Below are positions 25,638 through 37,974 of a DNA stretch of 64,000 nucleotides, one piece after another. The translations under genes were made by a program, and so were the position numbers. Numbering within the stretch: position 1 is the stretch's first letter; every line of letters starts with the position of its first letter. Below the pieces are notes generated by a model. It searched no databases. It was not told where the DNA came from and was given only the letters and a program-made list of their open reading frames with translations. Source of the stretch: Antedon mediterranea (lineage: Eukaryota > Animalia > Echinodermata); contig NC_092676.1 of the NCBI RefSeq assembly GCF_964355755.1, forward strand, positions 26,616,871 through 26,680,870, in the 5' to 3' direction.

Positions 25638-26646
25638 CTGCTCAAAATCATAACATTTATTATAAAATATTAATATTTAAACCAATAGATGCACACATCA
25701 TCTAATTTCAACTACCACCACCATGTGCATTTGTTTGTGTTCATTTCAAGTCCGTAAGCAGCTGTAGTTTTATTATACCAATGAAGATGTGTTACACGTG
25801 TCAAAAATTCAAGATATGTGCTGTAAATTTGTTTGGAACAATGTTGTTATATCAGCCATAAATGTTTGTCAATTTTTACTGCAGAAACCAGAACAAATTA
25901 TTTTCTGGATCATGTACACAGACATTTAGATATTAAACCTTATTCAAATGTAATACTTAATTTTAGTGATATGAGGGTCATCTCCTATTTTACAAAGAGT
26001 GAGGATTGTAAGCATAAGCCAGCCATGAGTTTCACAGAAATCACAATGTTATTTAAGTTCCTAATTTTAAATTTTTTAAGCACAATGGTATTCTTAGAAT
26101 AGAAACTAAAATAAAATGAACCATAAATAATATTGAGTTTAAAATGTTCTGATTATGCTGACCAAAGTTAATAAAAAGGCTACATTCATAAACCAATAAA
26201 ACTGAACTATGTTATCGACTTTATTTTCAAATCACCAAAACATAAAAAGGAATTATCACAAATAATTAAGAACAATTATTACATTATCGAGCATTACATT
26301 AAGTGTTTACTCATTGCAAAAAACATGAAAACCAAAAAAAAACTATGTTGCTTGCGTGAAGTACTATTATCATACAGACTTGAATATAAGCCCACCCCAT
26401 GAATAAGGTTTCGCGTGGGGAACCCTTCTGTAGAAGCTACCTCCAAACTTACCTTTCAACAAAATAGAATTCCATCACCTCTTAAAGCGAAAACTCAGGA
26501 TAAATAAAAAAAGTTAAATATAAACTATAAATTCTGAATAAAATAATGTTTCTCATTTTGCTGTTTCCAAAAACAAAGTTCTAAGGTTAAAAAAAACTAA
26601 AGCTACTAACAAATAATTCACTTACCGCCATACTTGTTTTCTTTAG

Positions 26647-27682
26647 TGTATCTTCATGTGCAATATAAACAATGAAAAATAATCTTACACAATTTGAGTT
26701 ATATCTCCCTCTTCGAGGAGAAAGGCTATCGTAAGCTTGGCACGCAATAAAACACTACACTTTAGTATCAGGTGCTGGGATTTCCTTGCATCTACTTACT
26801 AGAATCAGCAATGATGACAATGATTTTAATATACTTACCATACTTTGTAACAGTACAGTATAATTGTTGAAAATTTATAATGAAAAATGGTACTGTACTT
26901 ACCTATGTCATAGGTCAACTATTATGCAAATGAGACTTACTCCATGAACATCTAGCTAGCTAGCTCTATGCTTGCTTACAAACAAATCAGTTGTTTGACT
27001 GCAAAAATGATTACAAGGTGCAGATTTCTGTCTACTAAAGATAGTAGTATTATCGATAATAATAACCAGCTTTAAAGCAAGTCTACCTTTAAAATTATTA
27101 CATAATAGTTGAGGTCACCTAAATAGAACTCCACGAAATAACTCCATGACATATACCTGCTTGTTGTTCAGCATAATACTTCAATGTACAGTGTATTTCA
27201 CACATGTACAACCAACATATAAAGTGTAGCTATACTTACCATTGTGTGGCAAAGATGCAATCTGTTGTTACTGTAATACATGATGTCATCATATTACATG
27301 TTAAGTCTATTACTTCAGGTTATCTAAACATGGTACATTTCATACAATATAAATATCTCAAATATGTTGTTAAATATTTATGAACAACTTGACACAAAGA
27401 AATATTATTTGCACACAATATAATTTGTTCCTGTGATCTTGTAGGATGAAAGCAAAGTCAATTAATGATTCATATTTCGAATATAATATCCACTGTGTAT
27501 CAAATATGTATGTTGTTAAATGTTTTACCATTGTCTGTACAATTAGTTTACTTTGTGTCTAGTTGATCAAATCAGAGTCTCACAACCAACATCGTACTCA
27601 CAATTACGAGTCAGAATGGAATATTATGATCACCGAGTCGACGCTGGATCCAATCACGTCCAAAACACTTGGCTGGATCTAA
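26647..27682 (+). pseudogene. Putative last two exons of an unidentified gene convergent with API5 (26647-26740, 27563-27682)
   Basis: Splice signals tttag|...|gtaagc and gtctag|. Using the longer paralogs, the joined frame reads KIILHNSSYISLFEEKGYCQFIQ-LIQFESHNQHRTHNYESEWNIMITESTLDPITSKTLGWI*. Several paralog differences fall on third codon positions. Confidence 0.45.
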
Positions 27683-28694
27683 AGTGGTATTGTGATTTTA
27701 CACAGGAGTTGATGTTGATAGGAGAACAGCCCATCTTTTATACATTCTATCATTTTTGTTGTTTGTTTACAGTATGTGATGTGTTTCAAAACTAGCATGC
27801 TTTTCAAACATGTCTAAGCTAGCGTAAGGATACCTAAATCTATAAATTGTGTATAACAATAGTATGTATAACAATAGTATGTATACATTTGTGTTTGCAA
27901 CACAGTCTAGTAAAAGTATTGGCAGTACTAAAGTAGTTCCTTAAAAAAACTAAATTCTCAACAATCTACCAGTAACATAGGTGAACATTTTAACACTTTG
28001 TACATACAAATAAAAAATTAATTGAAATACTGAAATGTTTTGGTAAATTGATTCAGTATAAAAACATCAGCTTGTAAATGATATAGCAAAATCAAAGCAA
28101 CATTGCAAACTCATGTGGAAACATGGTTTGTTAAAAATGTCGGCTGATTGTCAACATTTTAATTACAAAACCATAACAATTCAAATAATTGTTATTACCT
28201 TATTTACAATTGGTTAACTAAAGAGAATCGATTTATTTTTACATTATTTTCTGGGTAATAACACTATTAACAATAATCAAGGATACTGTATTCAATTTTA
28301 GAAAAGGCAATAAAAAAAGTATTATTACTTTACATAAAAATAAGACAACTAACAACTGAATATCGTTACTTATCAGGAGAACCAGATAACAATCATTTTT
28401 TACTGGAAATACCAAAATCTATTTTAGGTTTTTAAGAAGTTACCAATCTGAAGGTTGACTTTATAAAAATCTGTCAATTGTATTACTGTGAACTTTGACC
28501 TACAGAGTGACTGGCAATAGTAGGATCTGGAAATATTCTCATAACACTGATTGTTGCGACATTCAAAAACGATTTCCACGGCCACGTCCTTTTGACCATC
28601 CACGACCCCGGAATCCACCTCGACGTTGCTGTCCTGTAAAACAATGTAAAATAAGTTAAATAGATGTTAACAGGAAACATAGATTAATCTATAA

Positions 28695-28832
28695 AGCTCT
28701 GTCTACACAATCAAATTTGCCCATATATGGACTTGATGATGCCATATCACTACCATATTTGGGCATATCACCACCATATTTGGGCACGTCACACTTTTTT
28801 TGTCAAATAGTATGATAGTGTGCACAGAGCTT
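28695..28832. mobile_element. MITE (GCTCTGTCTACAC family) in an API5 intron; paralog ~43127-43247
   Basis: Terminal inverted repeat aagctctgtctacac ... gtgtgcacagagctt. Confidence 0.7.
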
Positions 28833-29134
28833 TAGAGTAAACCAATTTTAGAAAAGATTTATTTACCACCTCCAGTGAAATTATTTCCGTAATTTGCATC
28901 TCCTCCGCTCGGGGCATTACCAGCTTTTGCGCTATAGCGCCCTCCAGGTGGATGGTACACTCCACGAGCTCCTCGCTGTTTATTACCACCGCCTACTGTT
29001 GCTTTTTTAGCAGGTCCTGACTCAGAAAATGTGATTGGGGTGATGTTACCTCTCTTTACACTAGAGTAAAGAAAACACAAAATAAAATTGAATTTAAATA
29101 TATATAAAAGTCTTTCAATTATGTGTGACCAAAT

Positions 29135-29284
29135 CTTTGTCTACACTATCAAACTTTATGTGACAAAACAAAAATGTGATGTGCATATGTCCATATATAG
29201 ATATGATGATGTCATATCAGTACCATATTTATGGGCACATCACATATTTTTGTCACATAAAGTTTTATAATTTAGACAGAGCTT
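29135..29284. mobile_element. MITE (GCTCTGTCTACAC family) in an API5 intron; paralogs ~43541-43690 and ~4741-4880
   Basis: tgtctacactatcaaactttatgtgacaaaa ... ttttgtcacataaagttt...tagacagagc. Confidence 0.7.
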
Positions 29285-30459
29285 AAACAATGAGATACAA
29301 TTTGTTCACATATTGTCATGCAAATGTTTCCTTATAACACATGTGAAAGTACCAAAAAAAGTTAATATATTATTATTTCATATTAGGCAATTATATTCAC
29401 ATACCTTTGTTGTTGTTGTGTTTGTTCTATTGTAGCTTTCTGGATTGGTTTCCATGACAATGTAATGATGCATCCGTAGCCTGGTGGGTTACGGAACAAG
29501 TCCTAGTGTAAACAAAATAATGAATATTTAGTGTTTTATCCTTTATTTAACAAAAAAACATGGAGAGGCTGTATCTGCCCCTCTTATTTATAAAGAAAAC
29601 CACTTAAAACAATATGATAGAGTCAAGAATCACAATGTTTGGATGCTTCAATATGTCAGAGTATCATACGTGACAATGCTGTTGGTAATGCAAAGATCAC
29701 AAAATGCACAATGAGCGTGCCATACCTTAATTAAAGCATTGATATTGGTTGTTATCTTAAGAGCGACAACTTTGATCTTATTCTCGTCAGATTTCAATAC
29801 ATCTCCTGTTTTATCTCGCAGGTCTGCCCTCAGTTGTTTCATGCAAACTTGGTTACCACGTGCAAAATACTGTAATCTGTAAAAACAATAACAAAATTTA
29901 ATTTAATGATTTATTAATATCTTTTTTTAAAATTTTTAAATTAGGCAATTTCAATGTCCCATAATTGGAAGGGAAAAACAAATTTTGTTACTGTAATCCT
30001 ATTAAAAAATAAATTGTTTTTTTGTTTTATTCAATCAATAATTAGAAAAATAAAACCCTTTTGGATCAATATGCAAACAAATAATATGCATTCATTCTGA
30101 AGTACTGCAAAATTTAATTCTGTCCACGTACCTTAGACGGAAGTCTTTCAAACGATCAAGATTTTCTTCAGCAGTGAAGAAGTCTGGACACTTCTTACCC
30201 ATCTGGTGAAGAGTGTACATTAAACATTCTACGATTGAAAATTGTAATTTAGGTTCATCGCTATCTTTTCCGTTCTCTCCTTCCTCAACTTCAGCTGGTG
30301 GAAGCGGCATATACTCCTAGAAAATATATTATTTAATAATTTTGAATGAAGCAGAAGATACAAAGTTTCTTCGACCAGAAAAATACTAGATCTCTTCTTC
30401 TGTCTTCCCTGATAAAACTTTTGTATGGAAAACAAACTGCTACTGTATACAAGCTCTTA

Positions 30460-30639
30460 AGCTCTGTCTAAACTATCAAACTTTATGTGATAAAACAATG
30501 TAATGTGCCCAGATATGGACATCATGATGTCATATCACATATTTAGGTACATATCACTACCATATTTAGGCATATCACTACCATATTTGGGCACATCACA
30601 CTATTTTGTCACATAAAGTTTGATAGTGTAGACAGAGCT
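30460..30639. mobile_element. MITE (GCTCTGTCTACAC family) with internal 20-nt repeats; paralog ~44814-44994
   Basis: agctctgtctaaactatcaaactttatgtga ... tcacataaagtttgatagtgtagacagagct; catatcactaccatattt tandem inside. Confidence 0.75.
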
Positions 30640-32270
30640 TTAATCAAGATTGTTACAGGGAGGTTTGTTTTTGGCTAAGGGCTTGGCATGCAATGAAAAT
30701 GATCAACATACTACACAACAACTACCTACAGTACACCTATCTTTATTGAACAGGACATTCTATAATTTTGTAAAATATTTTAAATCATTTAAAAGATGAA
30801 CATCATTCTTACCAGCAATGCATTGTGAACCGTCTCTAAGCACCCTCTGTCTTCGTAATCTCCACAGTGTGTAGACATCTCAGCTAATAACTTTAATACT
30901 TCCAACTTTACGTTTGTACCTTCTGGTCCCGCAAGCTCACTGAGGAACGGGACGACATGGTTGGAAATGTGTTCTATAAACTTTGTTGAATGCACATTTT
31001 TCTAGAAAAAAAAAGAAGAATATTTGTTAGAAAAAAAGTTTTAGCATTAAATGGTAAAAAAGTGATAATTTGTGAATAGGCCACTCTTGTAGGTAGATCA
31101 ACTTTCGTATGCACTTTCAGGTCAAAAGAATTTGACTTTAAGGTTGACTTGGTTTAGGGTGGTCAAACAATGCATACATTCATGTACAGTCTAATGGGAC
31201 ATTTTAGTAAAAAATGACCTTTGACTCGCACCAAAGGCATGTTATATCCAAATACGTTCACACATACGGTGTAAGTAGCATGGCTTAAGTTAATCCATGG
31301 ATTAAAATGCCAAGGTGTTTACACGTACGGCGTTTGTTATGGGGTAAAATACATAAGTCCAAGTACTGTTTAAGTTTTAAAAGTAATAACCCAGGGTCCC
31401 TTTTTAGATTTTGAAGGCCATCTTTTTTTGTTTAACCATTTCATAAAATACGGCCATCTTAATTATAGTGAGGGTTTGATTTCCATTTCATGCGTTGAAT
31501 TCTTTCCCAAAAGTCACTCTGCTTTTAGACATTATTTACTTTTAATTTCACTCTAACCAATTCATGCGCTTTCAGATTGAAGATTTACAGTATATATAAA
31601 TTTACAATACATATAGTAAAAAACATGAAGTAATTGGTAAATATCTTGAAATAAGGTAAAAATTATTCAAACATCGCTGTAGTTTAGTTCCTTGACATTA
31701 GTTAAGATGGGGTATGTAGCTGTCGTTAATAACGACAAAGACGTGGCGTGGTGAGTTGCGTTAATAATAATAATAATAATACCTAGTTCACATGTAAAGG
31801 CAAGGTGCAAGCCAGCTTTACACTGTACGTATGAACCCCTATGAAGATTTTTGATATATTATGTACTCATATAGTATAAGGCCTGAGTATTGCTTCAAGG
31901 AACAATTATAATCACATTAAACTTTTTAAAACCATTGATAAACAAACCATGGTGCTTCTTTGTGATTCAGTTCACTGATTCAGTTCAGTCTTTCCTGATT
32001 TCACAATATTCACATCTAGTTTAGAAGACAGCTCATATTAATGTGACATTTTAAGGTGGAAAAAACCACTTTATTTAATTACTGGAATAACATTTTGTTT
32101 AAAATTTGAGCTGCACAAGTACAAGGTATTTAACATATAAATTGCTTTTTTAAGTGGATTTAATCTATAATCTATACAAACAGCCAATGATAATATTGAT
32201 AGATTTAGGTGATGGGCTGGAGTAAATCATTATTAATATATATATATACAATTATAACTCCTATTGCAGA

Positions 32271-33971
32271 ATGGCTAGCAACGAATTAAGTCTACTTGGA
32301 GATATAGATGATAAAGTTCTAGAATGTTCTATCTGTAATGAAAGGCTAGAAGACCCAAAATCACTTAGCTGCCTTCATACCTTCTGTCTGAAGTGTTTGG
32401 GGAATTGGGTTCAAACCAATCGTGGCAAGCTAAAATGCCCTATTTGTCGGAAAAAGTATCCCATACCAAAAGGAGGGCTTGAAAAACTTGCCCCATAAAC
32501 ACAATTCTAAACAACCTCTTGGAAACCATCAAACAGCATGAAGTGAAAGATGAGGCCAAAGGCACTGCCTCTCTGTGCGCATCTCATGCTAAACCATTAG
32601 AAATGTATTGCACAAAATGTAAAGTACCAATATGCATAGAATGCACTGCAATGGAACATGCCGCAGGAGATGGAAAACATGAACTAATTAACATTGTAAC
32701 AGCATTTAATACGTTTAAGGAAACCTCAGAAGACTTGAAGAAAGCTGCCAATGAATCCATAAAAAAAACAGAAAATGTACTTAAAGTAGTCACAAAGAAT
32801 TCTAAAGAACTAGAAGAAAGTAAAGAGGCAAGTCTTACAGATATTGATAACCAAGTTCAAGAAATGGTACAAGTAATCCACAAAAAAAGGAGAAGAAATG
32901 AGAAAAAAGGTTGAAACAAATTATGTGGAGGAAAAGAAAGTTAATGACGTACAAATTACAAATTTAACAAAAATCATTTCTGAATTAAACACAAGGGTGA
33001 GTTTCCTAAATCAGTTACTAATGAGTGAGCCAGCAATTGCTATGAGATCAAGTGAGATTGTATTAAATACACTGATGGATGAAATTAATAAATCTGAAGA
33101 AATCAAGCAAAAGGACAGCAAACAAATTAAATTTATCAGAAACAAACAACCAATTGATTTACTGAAAGAAAATGACATTGGAAATGTTATATTCAAACCA
33201 TTTACTATCGAAGTAGAGGGTAAGCCTACAGGAGTAGCAAAATGTGAGGATGATTGCTTCCTGGTTTCATTTCTCACAAATAAAATTCACAAGTACAACC
33301 AATCAGGAAAATGTACAAGCAAGATTACACTACCAGAAGGTGTGGAAGTTAACAGAATGTACAAAATGAAGAATGGCAACATAGCATTCAGTGATTATAG
33401 CATTACTACATGCATTCAAGTATGTGATATGAATGGTCATGTGATCAAATCCATTGGTAAGGGTGTATTGATGGATCCATATGGTATTCACATAGATGAG
33501 GCAGCTAATGTTATATATGTAGCAGATTGGGACATAGGATGTGTGTTCATGTTTGACATTAATAGTGGTAAGCAGTTGAAGAAGATAGGATCACAAAATG
33601 AAGAACATGAATACACTAGTGTTGCACTTACAAAAACTGGTAAAGTACTTGTAGCAGATAGAGGGCAGCATCAAGTATTATTGTATGATGACAAGGACAA
33701 GTCAATGAAAGTACTCATCAATGAAGGGTGGGAAGATGGTAAGGTGATGGGACCAAGTGGAGTTGTAGTTGATGAGGAGGATGATAACATCATCGTAGCA
33801 AGTATTGAAAAACTACAACTATTCAGTAGTGATGGACATTTTATCAAAAGAATTGATAAACAAGAAGATGGAATTAGTTATCCACGTCAGTTATGTATCA
33901 TTTCATATAACCCATGTATGATTGCTTTAGCAAATTACGATGACAGCACAATCCAAACATTCAATTATTGA
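32271..33971 (+). pseudogene. TRIM-NHL copy 7, two +1 frameshifts
   Basis: ccaTaaac creates a stop at 32496-32498; extra A in the run at ~32885; distal coiled coil and NHL open from 32898. Confidence 0.88.
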
Positions 33972-34443
33972 TGTATAAAATATATCATTACATTAAAGAA
34001 ACACAGTTGAATGAAAGATCAAGTACATTAAAAATTATCTATTAATTAGTTTATTACACTAACATTTAAAAACAATCTTCAAATAAATGGGAAATTTTAA
34101 AATAAAGCTGAAAATAACCAATATCTATTCATATGAGGCGAAACTTATGATTTTGTATTTTCTAACTTTAATATCATTTGAACTAATGTTATAATTACAG
34201 TATGTCATCATTGAAAAATAAATGGATTTTTTTTTTGTGAATATATTTAGTATTTTTAGAATAAGCCTAATTTGAATTATTGTACAGTATATTATAATAA
34301 TATATGTTACACTTGTAGGCAAAGGCAGTTTTTGTTTTAGTTTTCCTAGTTTTAAATCATTAAATACAACATTATTCTTATTTCATCAAGTAGTCATACT
34401 GTAGATACCTATGGTATTTAAATGAAAGTAGATTGTACCTTAA

Positions 34444-35020
34444 TAAAGTGACCACATACTATATATAGTAATCTGTACTACCTAGTATTGAATATAAAGT
34501 GATCACATACTATATATAGTAATCTGTACTACCTAGTATAATATAAAGTGATCACATACTGTGTATAGTAATCTGTACTACCTAGTATAATATAAAGTGA
34601 TCACATACTGTGTATAGTAATCTGTACTACCTAGTATAATATAAAGTGATCACATACTGTATATAGTAATCTGTACTACCTAGTATAATATAAAGTGATC
34701 ACATACTGTATATAGTAATTTGTACTACCTAGTATAATATAAAGTGATCACATACTGTGTATAGTAATCTGTACTACCTAGTATAATATAAAGTGATCAC
34801 ATACTGTATATAGTAATCTGTACTACCTAGTATAATATAAAGTGATCACATACTGTATATAGTAATCTGTACTGCCTAGTATAATATAAAGTGATCACAT
34901 ACTGTATATAGTAATCTGTACTACCTAGTATAATATAAAGTGATCACATACTGTATATAGTAATCTGTACTACCTAGTATAATATAAAGTGATCACATAC
35001 TGTATATAGTAATTTGTACT
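34444..35020. repeat. 49-bp minisatellite, ~12 units
   Basis: Unit taaagtgatcacatactgtatatagtaatctgtactacctagtataata, head-to-tail with no spacers. Confidence 0.95.
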
Positions 35021-35112
35021 AAAGTAATAGTAATTGTTTTAAAGCAAATGTATAATTAAAGCATTTGAATTGATGTTTTTTGCAAACAGTTCTAATTGAA
35101 TGATTTATTTAA

Positions 35113-36190
35113 CTTTCATTTCATTTCATTTATTTCAATATCATTATCGCAGCCTTAGCAGAATTACAAAGATATTTACATTTGTTCAATATTAAAATTA
35201 GCATAAAAGTATAAAACCAATGATAAAAAAATATAAAAAAGGAGGTAATTTACACAAGAAATACAATACAGGAACATTCAAAAAGTTTAGCTTAAAATAT
35301 TAAAATAGAAAAAAAAAACACCTAAAAGCATCAATAAAAATCGCAAAGCTGTACTGGGTGATATATACTGATTATTCATTTAGAAGCGAGATAAGGTATG
35401 GTATTGCACTTTTTCTATATCTTTCAACTCTGCATTTGGGTTGTTGATACTTTACACGTCTTAGTTTCATGTTACTTACATTCTTCACTGGAAACCATTT
35501 TCCAAAATGAATACTTTTTGAACAATTCAGAGCAAACTTATAGCATAGATTACGCCTTCTATCAGATAAAGTGTCTAAAGAAAGATCATTGAGTGCTTGG
35601 TCATAACATATGTAGTCATTACACAATATTATTCTGCAAGCCCTTTTTTGGACAGATTCTATCATATCACTTTGTTTCTTAGTTAGACTAGAATGCCATA
35701 CTGGGACAGCATATTCAACACTTGGTCTTATGTAACTCTTAAATACATCTACAAGATCAAATTTCGGAAGATTGAACTTTCTTAATCTACATAATATATG
35801 CAGACGTCTGCTGGCTTTGGATACAATTTCTTTAACATTACGGTCCCATTTGAGGTTAGCTTGAATCCATAAACCTAGTAACTTAGTTTCATTAACGATT
35901 TCAATTGTAGCATTACCAATGAAAAGGGGTTCATGTTCATATTGATTTCTTTGAAAGTTGAAATACATAGTTTTACATTTAGTTGGGTTAAGTTTTAGTT
36001 TGTTTTCATTAGACCATACATTCAGTAAAGCAACATCATTCTGAATTGAGGAAATTACATCCTTTTTTACTATCTGTCCTATGCACAAATCATCTACATA
36101 TTTCCAAGTTTTACATGGCGAGTCTTGCATGGCATCATTAATTAGAGCAAGAAAGATCATAGGCCCAAGGAGCGTACCTTGAGGGACCCC
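35113..36190 (-). mobile_element. 5'-truncated CR1/L2-clade LINE (RT C-terminal part, 3' UTR, (GAAAT)n tail)
   Basis: GVPQGTLLGPMIFLALIND...KYVDD...LKLNPTKCKTM...KLLGL...YIRPSVEYAVPVW...IESVQKRA (ORF 35372-36160); tail aataaatgaaatgaaatgaaa on the minus strand. Confidence 0.92.
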
Positions 36191-36494
36191 CTTGTATTTT
36201 TAGAGTAATACCCTTTTCACATCTGCAAAATGTAACAACTTGTAACCAGATTTGCAGAGTGTGAAGAAAATTTTCTGGAAAAGGGCCTTTCCTTTTCTTC
36301 CGAGATGTCTCGAGATTTTACTGCGCATGTGTCGCCCTGGAATTTAACTGACCAATCACAGTACACTAATAATTAAATAGCGCCCCGAGCTATGCAATGA
36401 CAATACTTTCTCTCGAAATTTCTCAGGGTTTGTGTATGAAATTGGGAGATCAAACCTGGTTACAACTTGTAACAATTTATGTAGCTACTTTGCA

Positions 36495-36690
36495 GATAGA
36501 CCCGGGTTCAATTCCAGACAACTCCCAGTCCACTCAGCTGTAAATGAGTACCTGATTGAAAATACTAGGGAGAAAAAAGGCGGCGTGGAAAGGAACTGGC
36601 CACCCTACCACATAATGCCGAGGCTTAGTACAATGAGCTCCTAACAGCTCATTCCCCTACGTTCAGAGAACACGGGACTCACCTTTACTT
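36495..36690 (+). mobile_element. SINE fragment
   Basis: B-box gggttcaattcc, core ccactcagctgtaaatgagtacc, tail acctttacttt. Absent from the paralogous site near 22790-22820. Confidence 0.65.
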
Positions 36691-36997
36691 TGCATATATT
36701 TTATTGAATGATGTGTTTGAACTTGTTGCCTGTTTAATTTCAATTCACTGCCTCTGATTGGATAATCACCAGTCTATAGTTATTGCCATGCCCCAAACTA
36801 CACCCCTCCGAGAAATTTGCACAGCCCTCTCTATAAACTTTGTATAATCTTTGCAGCTTTTAATGGAGCTATATTTAAATTTGATTGCATGTTGATTGAA
36901 CTAGTTGTTCAATTAACTAGGTTAATTGAACTTTGACTAGTTTAACCAGGTTAATTTTAAACTATTCATATTATTTAGTTAAAAGAATTGCACTTAC

Positions 36998-37974
36998 TGA
37001 CAAAAATGGCAGAGCCTGTTTTATACACTGGGTTAACCTTGTCAACACAATCTGGATCAGATGGCTAAAAACAGAACATTAAGTTTATTATAATTTATAA
37101 ATATAAGTTAATTTATATGAACATTTAATTTACACATTATTATCTATATATTGGAATACAATTGTTATCACAAAGAAAAGAACTCTGTTCTGTTCAAAAT
37201 CACAACAGTATTTTGGTAAATTTAACGTTCGGTTTGTGACGTCATTTTGAAACTTTTAACAATAAAAAATAGTCAATCAGTAGGCTTAAGTCGTAAATCA
37301 CCTCTTTAAAAATGTAATACATTTTATAAAGCTAACATTTGCTTATTTGTCTTTGGAATATTGTTTACATACATTTTATCAAATTGAAAATAAAATCAAT
37401 TGTGACTAAAGAAAGAAGGCTAAACATGATTTTGGATGATAATTACTGAGGATAGGTATTGCCTTTAAATAAGACTGGGTATAAAAAACTTAAATTAAAC
37501 TTCACAGGCTATGTAGGAGTAACTAATTCCTTCATAATAGAAGAACTGGAGGCTTGGAACTGTATTCCTTTGGATAAAAAATAAAATCTTTTACCACAAA
37601 ATCTGCTTTAAAATCTGCTTGTTCAATGGCAATGTTCACCAGCTGTTGACAACCAAGAAGAGTCTGCATCGTTGATAAACTTTATAACAGCTTCATAAAG
37701 GCTACAACTCATCACCAGTAACATCATGTAAAATCTATAAAAAAAAAAAACAATTAGTGAAGACAGAAACATTAACATTTGAGTAACTACCTTGCACCCC
37801 TAGAAGCTAAAACAGGAACTTACTTCTTTTGAATTTTCAATGATCTGTTCTTGAACATCTTTGTTATTATATCTGGTCCCAAAGATTTGACCTTTGTACT
37901 CAAGAACTTGATGGCACGATCACGAACAAGATCTTCTCCTGATTGAATTTGGGCAGATAATCCTCCTAAAGCAC
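36998..37974 (-). pseudogene. API5: API5 copy B, middle exons (37974-37824 GALGG; 37734-37595 ILHDV; 37064-36998 PSDPDCVDRLTQCIKQALPFLS), each with a 1-nt indel
   Basis: GT-AG bounded and contiguous with API5 ...QADL..F-PSDPDCVDRL.QC..QA.P..S-KNVHST. The next exon is at 31001, so TRIM copy 7 is intronic. Confidence 0.88.

Larger units (their letters stand above)
28563..31001 (-). pseudogene. API5: API5 copy B, six 3' exons in open frame (31001-30813, 30316-30132, 29876-29726, 29502-29405, 29060-28867, 28633-28563)
   Basis: KNVHSTKF...LEVLKLLAEMS; EYMPLPP...EPKLQFSIVECL...LKDFRLR; LQYFARG...KIKVVALKITTNINALIK; DLFRNPP...TLSWKP; ...YHPPGGRYS; QQRRGGFRGRGW...NRF*. All introns GT-AG; 888 nt total. 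Confidence 0.9.
25050..35020. repeat. Segmental duplication: ~25.1-35.0 kb is paralogous to ~37.4-48.9 kb; the junction part recurs at ~61.5-64.0 kb
   Basis: Colinear near-identity of API5 exons, introns, MITEs, TRIM copies 7/8 and their flanks. Confidence 0.9.

Noticed and set aside
26830-27245. ATACTTACC motifs resembling the U1 snRNA 5' end, or minus-strand donors of missing API5 5' exons
   Set aside because: No further U1 similarity, and adjacent minus-strand translations did not resemble the API5 N-terminus.
27553-27795. 80-aa ORF MCLVDQIRVSQ... (also 42064-42306) as a standalone gene
   Set aside because: Non-ATG start overlapping a splice acceptor; a different frame fits a spliced terminal exon better.
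25272-31001. Apparent scrambled API5 exon order (middle exons downstream of the last exon)
   Set aside because: Explained by head-to-tail partial duplication; those middle exons belong to the next copy.
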